From NCBI GenBank assembly GCA_963720465.1, contig OY970393.1, forward strand, positions 1,536,001 to 1,600,000: 64,000 nt of DNA. Direction: 5' to 3'. The DNA is from Methanobacteriota archaeon (GTDB lineage: Archaea; Halobacteriota; Bog-38; Methanoflorentales; Methanoflorentaceae). The translations under genes and the position numbers were made by a program. The notes beneath the pieces were generated by a model that saw only the letters and a list, made by a program, of their open reading frames with translations, did not search any database and was not told where the DNA came from. Shown piece by piece: positions 28,201-38,194 of the stretch (positions are counted from its first letter, which is position 1; the number at the start of each line of letters is the position of its first letter).

Positions 28201-29031
28201 CTAAGGCTTCTTTCCAGCCACTTTTATGCTCACCACGGAGTCCGCAAGGTCGCGTAATTCATCGGGAGTCAGGCTGATGGTGTTCCCGATCGCCTGTGCT
28301 GTTGGATCGTTTGCCATGCAGTCAAGCGGGAATGAAGACTCCTCGACGATGCGAACGTTCTCAAATCCCGCGGCCCGAATAGCCTCGAGATAGGCGTCCT
28401 TCATGATTGCGCCAGACAGGCAGCTCACATATGCCGCGGCTGATTCCCTTACGGCAGGCGGGAGCTCTCTCAGCAAGACGATATCAGATACTGCAAAGCA
28501 GCCGCTGGGCCTCAGCACCCGAAAGGCTTCCCTGAAGACGGCGGCCTTGTCAGGGGTGAGATTAATCACGCAGTTGGAGATAACGACGCTAACAGTACTA
28601 TCGGCAACGGGCAGGTGCTCCAGCTCTCCGAGCCTGAAGTCGACGTTGCTGTATCCGCCCTTGCGCGCATTCGCCCGAGCCTTTTCGATCATCTCGGGCG
28701 TCATATCAACACCGATCACGTGTCCAGCTGCACCAACCGCGTTTGCGGCAAGGAAACAGTCGAATCCTGCTCCTGATCCGAGATCAAGCACTGTCTCGCC
28801 TTCCTTCAACGAAGCAAGCGCGGTCGGATTGCCACAGCCAAGTCCGAGGTTTGCTCCTGCGGGCACTGAGGCAAGCTCTTCTTCCTTATATCCTATGGCC
28901 CGGCTAATGTCGTGCGCCAGATCAACATTGCTGCCGCAGCACTGGCTCACAGGGATAAAATTGAGCCTTTCGCCTTTCGCCACCTTCGCATAGCCGTCCC
29001 TAACCACCCGTTTTATCTTTTCCTCTTCCAT
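28201..29031 (-). CDS. arsM: Arsenite methyltransferase
   Basis: CC pair, NLGLGCGNP, VLDLGSGAGFD, ISNCVINL, SCLSGA. Confidence 0.95.
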   Translation of the reverse strand: MEEEKIKRVVRDGYAKVAKGERLNFIPVSQCCGSNVDLAHDISRAIGYKEEELASVPAGANLGLGCGNPTALASLKEGETVLDLGSGAGFDCFLAANAVGAAGHVIGVDMTPEMIEKARANARKGGYSNVDFRLGELEHLPVADSTVSVVISNCVINLTPDKAAVFREAFRVLRPSGCFAVSDIVLLRELPPAVRESAAAYVSCLSGAIMKDAYLEAIRAAGFENVRIVEESSFPLDCMANDPTAQAIGNTISLTPDELRDLADSVVSIKVAGKKP

Positions 29032-29047
29032 ACACGCATCACTCCGT

Positions 29048-29314
29048 TCACGCTAAATCTTTGAAAATAGGGCCTAAAAAGCTCTTGACCGTCGCCGAGA
29101 GCTCCTCGACCTTGATCAGAGAGATGCAGCAGACCTCGCCGTTTCGCTCACAGCTAACGGCCGCCAGCTTGTCCCCCGCCCGTATATGGGCACGGTCGCG
29201 CAGCTCTTTAGGTAGGACCATCTGTCCCCGCTCGTCAACGCTCACAACCGCTTCAACCTTGCAGCTATTCTTGCCCCCATCGCTGGGCGCACAACATGAG
29301 GCTTCTTCTGTCAT
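29048..29314 (-). CDS. AbrB-family regulator, HgcC-like
   Basis: SCC...CKVEAVVSVDERGQMVLPKELR...VCCISL. Confidence 0.8.
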   Translation of the reverse strand: MTEEASCCAPSDGGKNSCKVEAVVSVDERGQMVLPKELRDRAHIRAGDKLAAVSCERNGEVCCISLIKVEELSATVKSFLGPIFKDLA

Positions 29315-29329
29315 AGAACTCTACGTAAT

Positions 29330-29372
29330 AGTGTATTTATCAGTGTATTTAAGTTTTTCTGATAAATCAGAA
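29330..29372. promoter_or_regulatory. Operator/promoter upstream of hgcC-like and arsM
   Basis: Direct repeat AGTGTATTTA (29330, 29342) and perfect inverted repeat TTCTGAT-AA-ATCAGAA (29357-29372). Confidence 0.55.
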
Positions 29373-29446
29373 TAATATGAGTAGAGATAGGACGTCAACA
29401 ACATAAACCGACGCCTGCTTAAACGGGGATCAAATGAGTGCGCAAG

Positions 29447-29863
29447 TTAGTCGCGGTCGAACGTTGACTCAAGCCACTCCCCTAGTTGGTCACGCACGCA
29501 TCGAAAAGATGCACACGGTGTGCCTTCCCCGGCATCGGGCACCGGATCATCGAAGGCTTGATGGAGATACTCCTTCCCGCCAGGAAAAATGGGGCAGTTC
29601 TCTTGCACATCGGCACAGAGCGTGACGACGTAATCGAAGGTCATGTCGTCAAACTCGTCCAGCGACTTTGCCCGCTGTGAGCTAATATCGATGCCCAGCT
29701 CAGCCATCACTTCGATCGCACACGAGTGTACCTCGGTGGGTTCATTTCCCGCGCTTTGTGCCTCATACCGGTCAGCATGCCAGGCGTTTATGAATCCTTC
29801 TGCCATCTGCGATCGCGCAGCGTTATGCGTGCAGAGGAACAGAATTTTTTGTTTAGTAGACAT
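29447..29863 (-). CDS. arsC: Arsenate reductase (LMW-PTP fold)
   Basis: CTHNAARSQMAE P-loop, VTLC...CP, FDDP. Confidence 0.9.
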   Translation of the reverse strand: MSTKQKILFLCTHNAARSQMAEGFINAWHADRYEAQSAGNEPTEVHSCAIEVMAELGIDISSQRAKSLDEFDDMTFDYVVTLCADVQENCPIFPGGKEYLHQAFDDPVPDAGEGTPCASFRCVRDQLGEWLESTFDRD

Positions 29864-29993
29864 CTTTCATCCTCATGCCGCGCTTGCGCTCAAGGCGGCG
29901 AGCAACCATAACCCGCGATCACATATCTGTGACTAACCCTCTCTCACGGGAAAGTGGCGAAAATGCTAATGCTGACAAGTCCTCGGCATCCGG

Positions 29994-30443
29994 TCAGCCT
30001 TTTTTGAGTGACTCAGCAAATTTGTGGGCATCGCGTAGGTCCTGCTCGTTCGGCCGTCCTTTAGCTATCCCGCCGAAGAGTCTCATCGGCCCGTACGTAT
30101 CAAACCCCCGACAGGAGAATTCCCCGACGACGGTCAATCCCTTCGCATCCAACTTGCTTTTTAAGGCAGAGTGATGCGACCCCCCACGCGGTGCGCCTCT
30201 AGTTGAGAATACAAATGTTTTAGCATGAAGCGCGGGAAGCGCGTCGACCCACTCGAGCAAGCGCGGATAGTGCTTTCCAAATGCGATTCCTGAACCAAGC
30301 CCGATAAGGTCATAATCGCCAAGTGCCTCGACGTCCACATCATCAGGATCGGTGACCTGGGCGTCGAGGACTACTGCCATCGCGTCAGCGATCTTTTTCG
30401 TGTTTCCGTGGTGCTCTGACACACATACGATAAGCGTTCTCAT
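29994..30443 (-). CDS. Flavodoxin family protein
   Basis: SEHHGNTKKIA, YDLIGLGSGI, GEFSCRGFDT, KGRPN. Confidence 0.9.
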   Translation of the reverse strand: MRTLIVCVSEHHGNTKKIADAMAVVLDAQVTDPDDVDVEALGDYDLIGLGSGIAFGKHYPRLLEWVDALPALHAKTFVFSTRGAPRGGSHHSALKSKLDAKGLTVVGEFSCRGFDTYGPMRLFGGIAKGRPNEQDLRDAHKFAESLKKG

Positions 30444-30739
30444 ACCTTATACCAGACAAAGGTTAACCATTCGTTTCGTTCTTGAACTACAACGGGCACG
30501 ATAAAAGAGCATTGCCCGCCGCAACGCTGAGCACCAAAAGAAAAACGAAGATCAGAGTAATGGCCACCAGACTCCACTTCATACATAACATGTTTCCGGC
30601 GTCATTGAACTACTTTCCGCTACCAGCGCCGATGGCACCCTCCGCGTCTACCAACGCGAAATCGAAGGAGGATTCGTCAGCGCTGATAACTGCACTTATA
30701 TGGTTTTGATCTGACGAATGACAGGCCATACCGGCTTCT

Positions 30740-32080
30740 TCAAGCAAGCCTCTTGATCACGTCCGTTATCGAGACGGCATTAGCAAAGAAGTCGTTCCAA
30801 GCATCCTGTTTGGGATAGTTCCTAATGGTGTACGAGGTCGGGCTGATGTTAGGCAGCTCGTCCCAGACAAACGGGCTCGCTATGGGAAGCTCTGGCTCAG
30901 ATCGGGCAGCATAGGGTGCCACAGACGTCTGCATCGCGGATATCCTATTGACGTCGATGAAGATTCGTCCTCTTCTTTTCTCCTTGCCAAGCTCCGTAGT
31001 CAGCGCTGCGTCACTTTTTGCGAGGGTTTGCGCTATTTTTAGGGCGAAGTCCCTCACGCCGTCGTTATCAAGCTCGCGCGTAATGGGCACCGCAACGTGG
31101 TACCCCCTGCCCCCAGTCGTCATCACGTACGGTTTAAACCCCAACGCTTCGAGGAATCCTTTCAGTTTGAGTGCAGCTGATCGAAGCGACGGGAAATCAG
31201 GCAGCGACGGATCCAGATCAAATACCATTTCGTCGGGAATTGTGGGTCTGTCTGCTCGTGTTACCATAATGTGGGGAACGATGACCTGATTGCCGAGATA
31301 GACGATGCCTGCTTCATCCTTAACGATCGCATAGCAGGTCGTAGTGTCCTTGTGCTCGAGACACTTGCTCTCAAGCCAATCAGGAAAATAATCGGGCATA
31401 TTTTTTTGGAAGAATTTCTCGCCGCTGACCCCATCGGGAAACCTAAACATGGAGATCAGCCGGCCTTCTATATGGGGCAGCATCAGCGGCGCTATGTCTC
31501 GATAGTATTCAACAAGCTCAGCTTTCGGGATCCCCATATCAAGCTCCTTCTGGGGGTTCGTTACGTGGATTCGGTGCCCGCCCACGTCTATTTCGTCGCT
31601 AAGGTGATGCTCCTCCCCCTTCCTGACGATTATCCAGTCGTTGTCGAGGCGGGTGAACGCGTAGGTCCCGTTCAGTTTGTCACCTTTCAGGTAGATTACG
31701 AAATGGCCCTTTTTCAACGCCTCGTCAAGAGGCTGGACCTTCCCGTCTTTTATTGTAATGTTGACGAATCTTCCCTTATCCCATAGTTCGACCCTCCCTG
31801 CACCGTACTCACCTTCTGGTATCTCGCCTGAAAACTCGGCGTAGGCAACGGGATGATCCTCAGTCCTGATTGCGAGCCTTTTATCCCGCGGGTCGTCTGA
31901 CAACCCCTTTGGCACCGCCCAGCTAAGAAGAACCCCATCGTGCTCAAGCCGAAAATCAAAGTGTATCCGCCTCGCGCTATGCTTCTGTATCACGTAAAGC
32001 GACTGTTCGCTTTTCAGTTCGTCAGGCGCAGGCTCACCCGTCTTCGCGAAGTCTCGTTTCTTTCTATACTCGTCAAGCAA
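30740..32080 (-). CDS. NHEJ 3'-phosphoesterase (PE) fused to LigD primase-polymerase domain
   Basis: PE: QKHSARRIHFDFRLE, SWAVPKG, TEDHP, GEYGAG. Pol: RFPDG, FFQKN, VFDLDP, TTGGRGYHV, IFID, APY. Confidence 0.92.
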   Translation of the reverse strand: MLDEYRKKRDFAKTGEPAPDELKSEQSLYVIQKHSARRIHFDFRLEHDGVLLSWAVPKGLSDDPRDKRLAIRTEDHPVAYAEFSGEIPEGEYGAGRVELWDKGRFVNITIKDGKVQPLDEALKKGHFVIYLKGDKLNGTYAFTRLDNDWIIVRKGEEHHLSDEIDVGGHRIHVTNPQKELDMGIPKAELVEYYRDIAPLMLPHIEGRLISMFRFPDGVSGEKFFQKNMPDYFPDWLESKCLEHKDTTTCYAIVKDEAGIVYLGNQVIVPHIMVTRADRPTIPDEMVFDLDPSLPDFPSLRSAALKLKGFLEALGFKPYVMTTGGRGYHVAVPITRELDNDGVRDFALKIAQTLAKSDAALTTELGKEKRRGRIFIDVNRISAMQTSVAPYAARSEPELPIASPFVWDELPNISPTSYTIRNYPKQDAWNDFFANAVSITDVIKRLA

Positions 32081-32948
32081 CGCTTTGCACCTGATCTATC
32101 GTGCACTCTTCGGCAGGCTTATCGTCCCGCATCCGTACGAAAACTGGCCCCCGCAGGCGGTGGTCTTTCGTGTACTGCAGGTACCTCACTTCGCACACCT
32201 TATCGGGGACAACGTGCTGCACGTTCTTTGGAAGGGCGACGTTGCTGCCTGCGCGAACGAGCTCCGTCGCAAGGTCACCAAGGAGTGACTCGCTAAAGCC
32301 CGTTCCGACCTGACCGACGTACGTGAGGCTGCCTGCGTCATATAACCCGAGGGCCAGCGACGCTATTGTCCTAGTCTTCGTTACGTACCCGACGATAACG
32401 CAATCCACGGTCTTCTCATCCTTGATTTTGAGCCAGGCGTGCGACCGTCCGGTAACATAAAGGCTTTCCTTTTTCTTGGCCATGACGCCTTCCAGGTGAC
32501 GTGCTGTTACGACGTCCCAGAGTCGCTCACCGTCGGCAGTGCCCGGTATTGTCTGCAAGTTTCTCCCTTCTTCGACGACGCCCGCAAGGGTTCGTTTTCT
32601 CGTTGACAGCGGCAGCGTTTTTAGGTTCCTGCCTTCCAGTTCGAGTATGTCAAACGCGACGTACGTAGGCGGCCGATCGTGGTGCTTCCGTCGTTGCAGC
32701 AGCGAGAACGACGGGTTCCCTTTCTCATCGTAGATCACGATCTCCCCATCGAGCACGCAATCGGCCTTGATTAGATCGCCAAACCCAAGCTCGGGAAACT
32801 CACGGGTGATGTCCCGGTTGTTTCGTGATGTGAAGCAAAGCGTTCCTGCCTTTTTTTCGCAGAGCGCCCTGTAGCCATCCAGCTTAGGCTCAAAGATATA
32901 CTCAGTGGACTTAAGAATCGCTTTTGTGCCCGTGGCGGCGAGCATCAT
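32073..32948 (-). CDS. ATP-dependent DNA ligase (LigD ligase domain)
   Basis: EPKLDGYR, LDGEI, AFDIL, EGVMAK, WLKIK, VGTGF, RDDK. Confidence 0.95.
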   Translation of the reverse strand: MMLAATGTKAILKSTEYIFEPKLDGYRALCEKKAGTLCFTSRNNRDITREFPELGFGDLIKADCVLDGEIVIYDEKGNPSFSLLQRRKHHDRPPTYVAFDILELEGRNLKTLPLSTRKRTLAGVVEEGRNLQTIPGTADGERLWDVVTARHLEGVMAKKKESLYVTGRSHAWLKIKDEKTVDCVIVGYVTKTRTIASLALGLYDAGSLTYVGQVGTGFSESLLGDLATELVRAGSNVALPKNVQHVVPDKVCEVRYLQYTKDHRLRGPVFVRMRDDKPAEECTIDQVQSVA

Positions 32949-33709
32949 TTCAGGCTTGCCTTCAGTGCTTCAACGAGGTTCTCTTCTGTGGTGCGGCTGT
33001 ATTCCGTCTTGTGGATCGCAATCGTTTCCCCGCGTGCTTTTCTTTCGACGAGCTCCTTGAGGTCCTCCTCGAACGTATCGTGAAATTTGGTAATGTCAAA
33101 CTCATCGACCGTAATCTGGCTCAATAACTGTCTTGCGAGGTCCATCTCGACCTCAGAGAGTTGCGGCGGCTCATCAAGGCCATCGACCTGCATTATGTTC
33201 CGTATCTCATAATCATAATTCAGCGTTGTCAGAAGCAGGCCCTGCCTGTACGCTTCGATCGCACAGGCGTGTTCCTTTTCCCGCATGACAAATTTGCCGA
33301 TCGCGGTTTTGGCGGTCTGGTGGAGCACATTCCTGAATAGGAAATATGTCTTGTCCTTTGGTCGTTCTGGGCCCGCGTAGTAATGGGAGTTGAAAAAAAT
33401 CGGGTCGATTTGATGGGAATGAACGAACTCCACGATCTCTATCCAGGTGGATTTTTCGGGCCTGATGGAGTGAAGCTCTTCATCAGTAATGACCACGTAT
33501 TTATCTGGGGAAACTTCGATCCCCCTCACGATCTCGTCCTGTGACACCTCTTGCGTGCACGCGTCGCACCATTTCTTGTATCGTATCGGTGAGAGCTTGT
33601 CCTTGTGCAAGAGCCGTATTTTGAGTGGCCTCTGTTCGACCGCTGAGTAGAGTTTTACGGGAATGTTCACCAGTCCAAACGCTATTGATCCTTTCCACAG
33701 TGATTTCAT
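32945..33709 (-). CDS. ku: Ku DNA-end-binding protein
   Basis: WKGSIAFGLVNIPVKLYSA; C-terminal NLVEALKASL. Confidence 0.95.
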   Translation of the reverse strand: MKSLWKGSIAFGLVNIPVKLYSAVEQRPLKIRLLHKDKLSPIRYKKWCDACTQEVSQDEIVRGIEVSPDKYVVITDEELHSIRPEKSTWIEIVEFVHSHQIDPIFFNSHYYAGPERPKDKTYFLFRNVLHQTAKTAIGKFVMREKEHACAIEAYRQGLLLTTLNYDYEIRNIMQVDGLDEPPQLSEVEMDLARQLLSQITVDEFDITKFHDTFEEDLKELVERKARGETIAIHKTEYSRTTEENLVEALKASLK

Positions 33710-33972
33710 TTTGATGCACCGATTTTCAACGATAAGCGAATCTGCTTGTCATCTTTTAAGTAACGCTCGCCTTTCTGAGCGGACGTGCATGCTAACCGCT
33801 CGAGATGCTTATAGCATCGTTTATGTCACGATCAAATGGACCCCGCTTGTTAGTCTTTTCTCTTTCACACAAGTGGGCTGACCGACTGCCATCGAGGCCC
33901 TGCTGTCGCTCCGGCGCGATCTTCGTAAGCTTTTTCAAACTGCGAGGCGTTAAGTGCTGTAGGTGCGCTACT

Positions 33973-34104
33973 ATGCCAACCCCTCTTGACGTCACAGGGA
34001 CGATAACACAGAAGATGGCCCTGATTATCGGTGTTGTCGTCATCGCCGGGCTCGTGCTGGCATTCACGCCACTCAGGGTGGGGGGTACTCCCTGTTGGCC
34101 ATAG
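33973..34104 (+). CDS. Small single-TM peptide
   Basis: MPTPLD...ALIIGVVVIAGLVLAF...CWP; AGGTG upstream of the ATG. Confidence 0.4.
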   Translation: MPTPLDVTGTITQKMALIIGVVVIAGLVLAFTPLRVGGTPCWP

Positions 34105-34299
34105 GCGCCGCCCTTTACGTTTTTGCGAGCGTCCGCACCTTGGTACAGCACCTCAGGTAACGTCACAGGTCGAGTTTTTCGAAAGACATTTCACAGGCTC
34201 TCCCGCTTACACTATTTTCAGCGGCTTAAAAACCTTAGTCGTGAGGTGCTCCTCGGTGGCCTCTGCCATTTTGCAATGCCTCAATAACAGCTTGCAATG

Positions 34300-34740
34300 C
34301 TACCCCCCATGTGTTAAGGCAAACAAGATCCCAGCGTAGACAAACGTTAGTGTCAAGATGGAGCCATAAAAAATGAGCAACGCTTTTGAAAGCATTAACT
34401 TGCTCGGTCTTGGCACTTCTATGCCCGCTTCGTACCGAGCAGCTCTCATATCAAAAAACTCGTCGCCTGTGTTGAGCTTATTTTCGACAATCTCTTTGTA
34501 CAGTGCCCTATACATCTCTTTTTGCCGCAGAAAATAGGCGTCTAGATACCAAAAAACGAGCAAAGCGAAGACGGCGATAAGCGCTTGATATCGCGTGCTG
34601 CTCAGCACCAGAATTATGCCGAGCACGGCCACGGTCCATCCCTTGATAATGACTGAATTAGTGGCTGTACGCTTTGTGATATTTTGAATAGTTGCGAGCA
34701 CTTCTAGTTCGTATGAGGAAAAACCCCCCTCGTGCTGCAT
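34300..34740 (-). CDS. Small multi-TM hypothetical protein
   Basis: IQNITKR...NS-xx-IKGW...FWYLDAYFLRQ...YRALY; about three hydrophobic segments. Confidence 0.75.
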   Translation of the reverse strand: MQHEGGFSSYELEVLATIQNITKRTATNSVIIKGWTVAVLGIILVLSSTRYQALIAVFALLVFWYLDAYFLRQKEMYRALYKEIVENKLNTGDEFFDMRAARYEAGIEVPRPSKLMLSKALLIFYGSILTLTFVYAGILFALTHGG

Positions 34741-35139
34741 CTGATATCACGTTTCCAATCCACTAGATGGCGTAATACGTAAAACGGGATCGTTAAAAGT
34801 TAAGTGTTTCTATATATTTGCGTCAAAAATGCGCAAGTACTTTCAGCTTGAATCAACTGCAACGAAAGAGCGAATTTCTGATTCTCAAATATGTAGCGAG
34901 AGACCCAAAAAAGCCGCTTAGCGTGGGCTATGCCAGCGCAAAAATATCAGCCCCCATGATTTTTCTTACGAAAACGGAAGACAGGGCGCTTACAATTTCG
35001 GAGATCGAATAGCGATTGCAGCGCGCGCAAGAAAACTATGCATAAACGACGGTGCACTCCACGCACAACCGCGTCTCACTGATAAGATACACGCCCGGAG
35101 CTCCAAACAAGGCCCACATATAATATGACTGTACTGTGT

Positions 35140-35665
35140 CAGTTTAGTCCAAGCGAAGGGGGCGGTAGGTGCTGGATGGAAATGATTTGGAGAGGGCGTA
35201 GGCGCCGTTCGGGGTGGTGATCGTGTTCGAGGTGCCAGAGGTGAGGGACCCTTCTTGTCGTCGGGGGTGTGGAGGTGAACCGTGGCGCTAGCGAGGGAAT
35301 AAGGTTTGGGTCTTCTTGACGTGGTTAAGAAGGTGGTCGATTGGCGAGCCGTGGGGGTGGCGCTGGAGGTCGACGAGTGAGGGCGGGGGTCTGCGCGGCA
35401 ACACTTGTTGCACACCTTTATGCTGATATTGGTATTGGCGGAGGATTTAGAAGAGGCGTGTCGTTCGAAGTGTGCCTGTTGACCAAGTAGTGGTGCCATC
35501 ATCCGCGTGGTAGTAACTTTGACGAGCTTGAGCTGTCGCGCTGCTGCTATGGCGACAGATGGGGACGCCGTACGGTGCATTCAGCTGAACGTGTAGAAAC
35601 CGACTGCTGCAAGATTTTCGGAGGCTTTAGCTGCGAAGACGGTGACCCCCACGCTCGTTCGCTGG
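35140..35665 (-). pseudogene. Decayed surface-protein gene (lectin-like domain of C1A proteases plus Ig-like repeat)
   Basis: VFAAKASENLAAVGFYT fragment; DNA resembling the STPAVGQS and TTANGVYAFS modules of neighbouring genes; several frame breaks. Confidence 0.45.
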
Positions 35666-35675
35666 TATTTCGACG

Positions 35676-37064
35676 CTACACGCTTATCTTAACGACTGCG
35701 CTCGTCGATGCTTGATAGGAGCTGTTGCCGGCGAAAGTAGCGTAGTAGGTGCGCTCCCCTGCGGTGCTCCAACTTGTCGTGAGACTGATCTGGCCGTTTT
35801 TGTCGGTGGTCTTGGTGGTGTCGTTGTAGCGCACGTCGTTGAGGTAGTGGTAGATCGTAACGTTCTTTCCTGAGAGGAGCGTTGTGCCGCTCGTCAGAGT
35901 GGCTGTGAAGTTGACCGATTGGCCGACGGCGGGGGTGGAGTTAGACGCGGTGAGGGTGATCTTCGTCGCTCCCACGTTGATGAAGACGGCGCTACTCGTC
36001 GATGACTGATATGAGCCATCACCGAAGAAGACAGCGTAGTAGGTGCGCGTGCCGGAGGAGGCCCAGCTCGTGGTGAGGGTGATCTGGCCGGCGGAATTGG
36101 TGGTCTTGGTGGTGTCGCTGTAGCGCGCGTCGTTGAGGTAGTGGTAGATGGTGACGGACTGGGAGAGCGCTTTTGTGCCATTCTTCAAGGTGGCGGTGAA
36201 GGTGACCGACTGGCCGACGGTGGGGGTGGAGTCGGACGCGGTGAGGGTGACCTGAGTCTGGCCCTTGACGGTGACGGTGACGACGCTACTCGTCGATGCT
36301 TGATGTGAGCTGTCACCCGTGAAAGTAGCGTAGTAGGTGCGTGTGCCGATGGAGGCCCAGCTCGTGGTGAGGGTGATCTGGCCGGCGGAATTGGTGGTCT
36401 TGGTGGCGTCATTGTAGCGGACGCCGTTGAGGTAGTGGTAGATGCTAACTGATTTGGACGACAGGGGCGTTGTGCCACTCTTGAGCGTGGCAGTGAAGGT
36501 GGCTGATTGGCCGACGGCGGGAGTCGGGTTGTTGACAGAGAGCGATAGTTGGGTGAGCTCTCCCTCAAGATTGCTTATTGTAGACCTCAGCAGCGTGGCG
36601 TTCGTCGGATACACAGAGGAACTGGCCACATTGCCTGCTGGGCTGATCACGTAGAGGGTCGGCGTGCTCGCGACTTGGTACGCCGAACCCGCGCTGACCC
36701 CATCTCCGACGGGCCATGTTACCCCTGTCTCCTCGACATATTGCTGAATGGCCGATGCCGCGCTACCATCGACTTCGACGCCTAGGAACTGAACCTTCGC
36801 GTCGTTCTTGTAATATGTGTTGTACAGAGGTACAAGGGTATCCTTAGCGTCACTTTGACAATATCCACAATCCGCTCCAAAGAATTGAATGACGACGACT
36901 TTTCCTCGATATTCGCTTAGCGTCTGGGTGTGTCCGGAAAGATCGGTGAACGAAAAATTTGGGGCCGACTGCCCGTTCGAGAGAAGTGCAAGTGCCGGTG
37001 CTGCTGTAGCCGCGATCAGCAACGCGGTGATCGCGATCAATAGAACTATTCGCTTTGTTGCCAT
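35676..37064 (-). CDS. Secreted TlpA/redoxin (CGYC) fused to three Ig-like repeats
   Basis: Signal peptide, APNFSFTDLSG...YRGKVVVIQF, CGYC, TPTLYVI; three ~97-aa repeats. Confidence 0.88.
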   Translation of the reverse strand: MATKRIVLLIAITALLIAATAAPALALLSNGQSAPNFSFTDLSGHTQTLSEYRGKVVVIQFFGADCGYCQSDAKDTLVPLYNTYYKNDAKVQFLGVEVDGSAASAIQQYVEETGVTWPVGDGVSAGSAYQVASTPTLYVISPAGNVASSSVYPTNATLLRSTISNLEGELTQLSLSVNNPTPAVGQSATFTATLKSGTTPLSSKSVSIYHYLNGVRYNDATKTTNSAGQITLTTSWASIGTRTYYATFTGDSSHQASTSSVVTVTVKGQTQVTLTASDSTPTVGQSVTFTATLKNGTKALSQSVTIYHYLNDARYSDTTKTTNSAGQITLTTSWASSGTRTYYAVFFGDGSYQSSTSSAVFINVGATKITLTASNSTPAVGQSVNFTATLTSGTTLLSGKNVTIYHYLNDVRYNDTTKTTDKNGQISLTTSWSTAGERTYYATFAGNSSYQASTSAVVKISV

Positions 37065-37228
37065 GTTGTCTGTCTCCGAGTAAATACGCACGAGCCAAAA
37101 CCCGTGTCGAATAAAAAAAGAGCAGACTTAATAAGTGTTGCGATCCGCGCGAAAGCGTGCTCTCGTCAGAATCGCAACCGATTCTACGCAAAAAGGCTTA
37201 CCCGTGACGTCCGGTGCAACGACGCCGC

Positions 37229-38194
37229 TCAGCGCGTGGGCTGGCTGGGAGGCAGCTGCGAGGACGGCGCCTTCTCAAGCGTGGTCCGACCGCTAAGTCG
37301 TTGATTTCCCCGTACGAGGTCTACGTCTACGACGTCGCCGACGTCGTGCGCGTCCATTACCTTTATCAGGTCTCTTACGTCATCGATGTCAATGGCCCCC
37401 AGCCGAACGATAATATCCCCAGGCTGAATCCCCGAGAGGGCCGCCTGGCTGTTGCGCATCACAGCGGTCACCAACACGCCACGTTCGACGGAGAGCTTAT
37501 AATATGCCACGATTTTCGGATTAAGATCGACGCCGCTTATGCCGATCCACGGACGCACGATTTCTCCGCGTTCTATGAGCTGTCTGGCAATCCACATCGC
37601 CGGCTCTATCGCAATGGCAAACCCGATGCCTTGCGCAAACTGTATGACGGCCGTATTCATGCCTATTACCTTCCCCGCGCTGTTTGCCAAGGGCCCACCG
37701 CTGTTACCAGGGTTAATCGCGGCGTCGGTTTGTATGAGCTGCTCCATGAATGAGACCTGAGTTTGAATAGACCGGTTGACCGCACTGACGATTCCCACGG
37801 TGACCGTCGGCCCGCCGACGAGACCGAATGGCGTGCCCATCGCAATGGCCGTTTGCCCGATCTTGACCTCCGCGCTCTTTGCCATCTCAGGCACTGGCAG
37901 ATCGTGGTAATCGACGTGGATGAGAGCGATGTCCGTCTTCGTGTCGATGCCGCGCACTTGCGCGCGAGAGGTTCGTCCATCTTGCAGCGTCACTTGTATT
38001 TCTTGGGAGCCCAGCACCACGTGGGAGTTTGTCATGATATAGCCGTCCTCACCGATGATAATACCTGATCCGACTCCTTGAACGGGATGCACCTGTAAAT
38101 AAGCGTCCTGAATAAGCTTTACGTCACTCACGTTGGCCACGCTCGGCATGACTTTCTCGACCGCGGCGACAATCGTATCATCGTAACTTGCTAT
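37229..38194 (-). CDS. HtrA/DegP-like trypsin serine protease with PDZ domain
   Basis: GSG, TNSHVV, DIAL, TDAAINPGNSGGPL, PDZ (PWIGI...GDII). The frame extends 15 codons above ATG 38149 to an ATA. Confidence 0.92.
   Translation of the reverse strand: MASYDDTIVAAVEKVMPSVANVSDVKLIQDAYLQVHPVQGVGSGIIIGEDGYIMTNSHVVLGSQEIQVTLQDGRTSRAQVRGIDTKTDIALIHVDYHDLPVPEMAKSAEVKIGQTAIAMGTPFGLVGGPTVTVGIVSAVNRSIQTQVSFMEQLIQTDAAINPGNSGGPLANSAGKVIGMNTAVIQFAQGIGFAIAIEPAMWIARQLIERGEIVRPWIGISGVDLNPKIVAYYKLSVERGVLVTAVMRNSQAALSGIQPGDIIVRLGAIDIDDVRDLIKVMDAHDVGDVVDVDLVRGNQRLSGRTTLEKAPSSQLPPSQPTR

Noticed and set aside
29048-29314. Mercury methylation locus
   Set aside because: No hgcA cap-helix motif or hgcB nearby; the ferredoxin at 26683 is linked to asd and lacks the C-terminal CC.
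34990-35580. 196-aa ORF as a real gene
   Set aside because: It reads as an off-frame translation of a decayed surface-protein gene.
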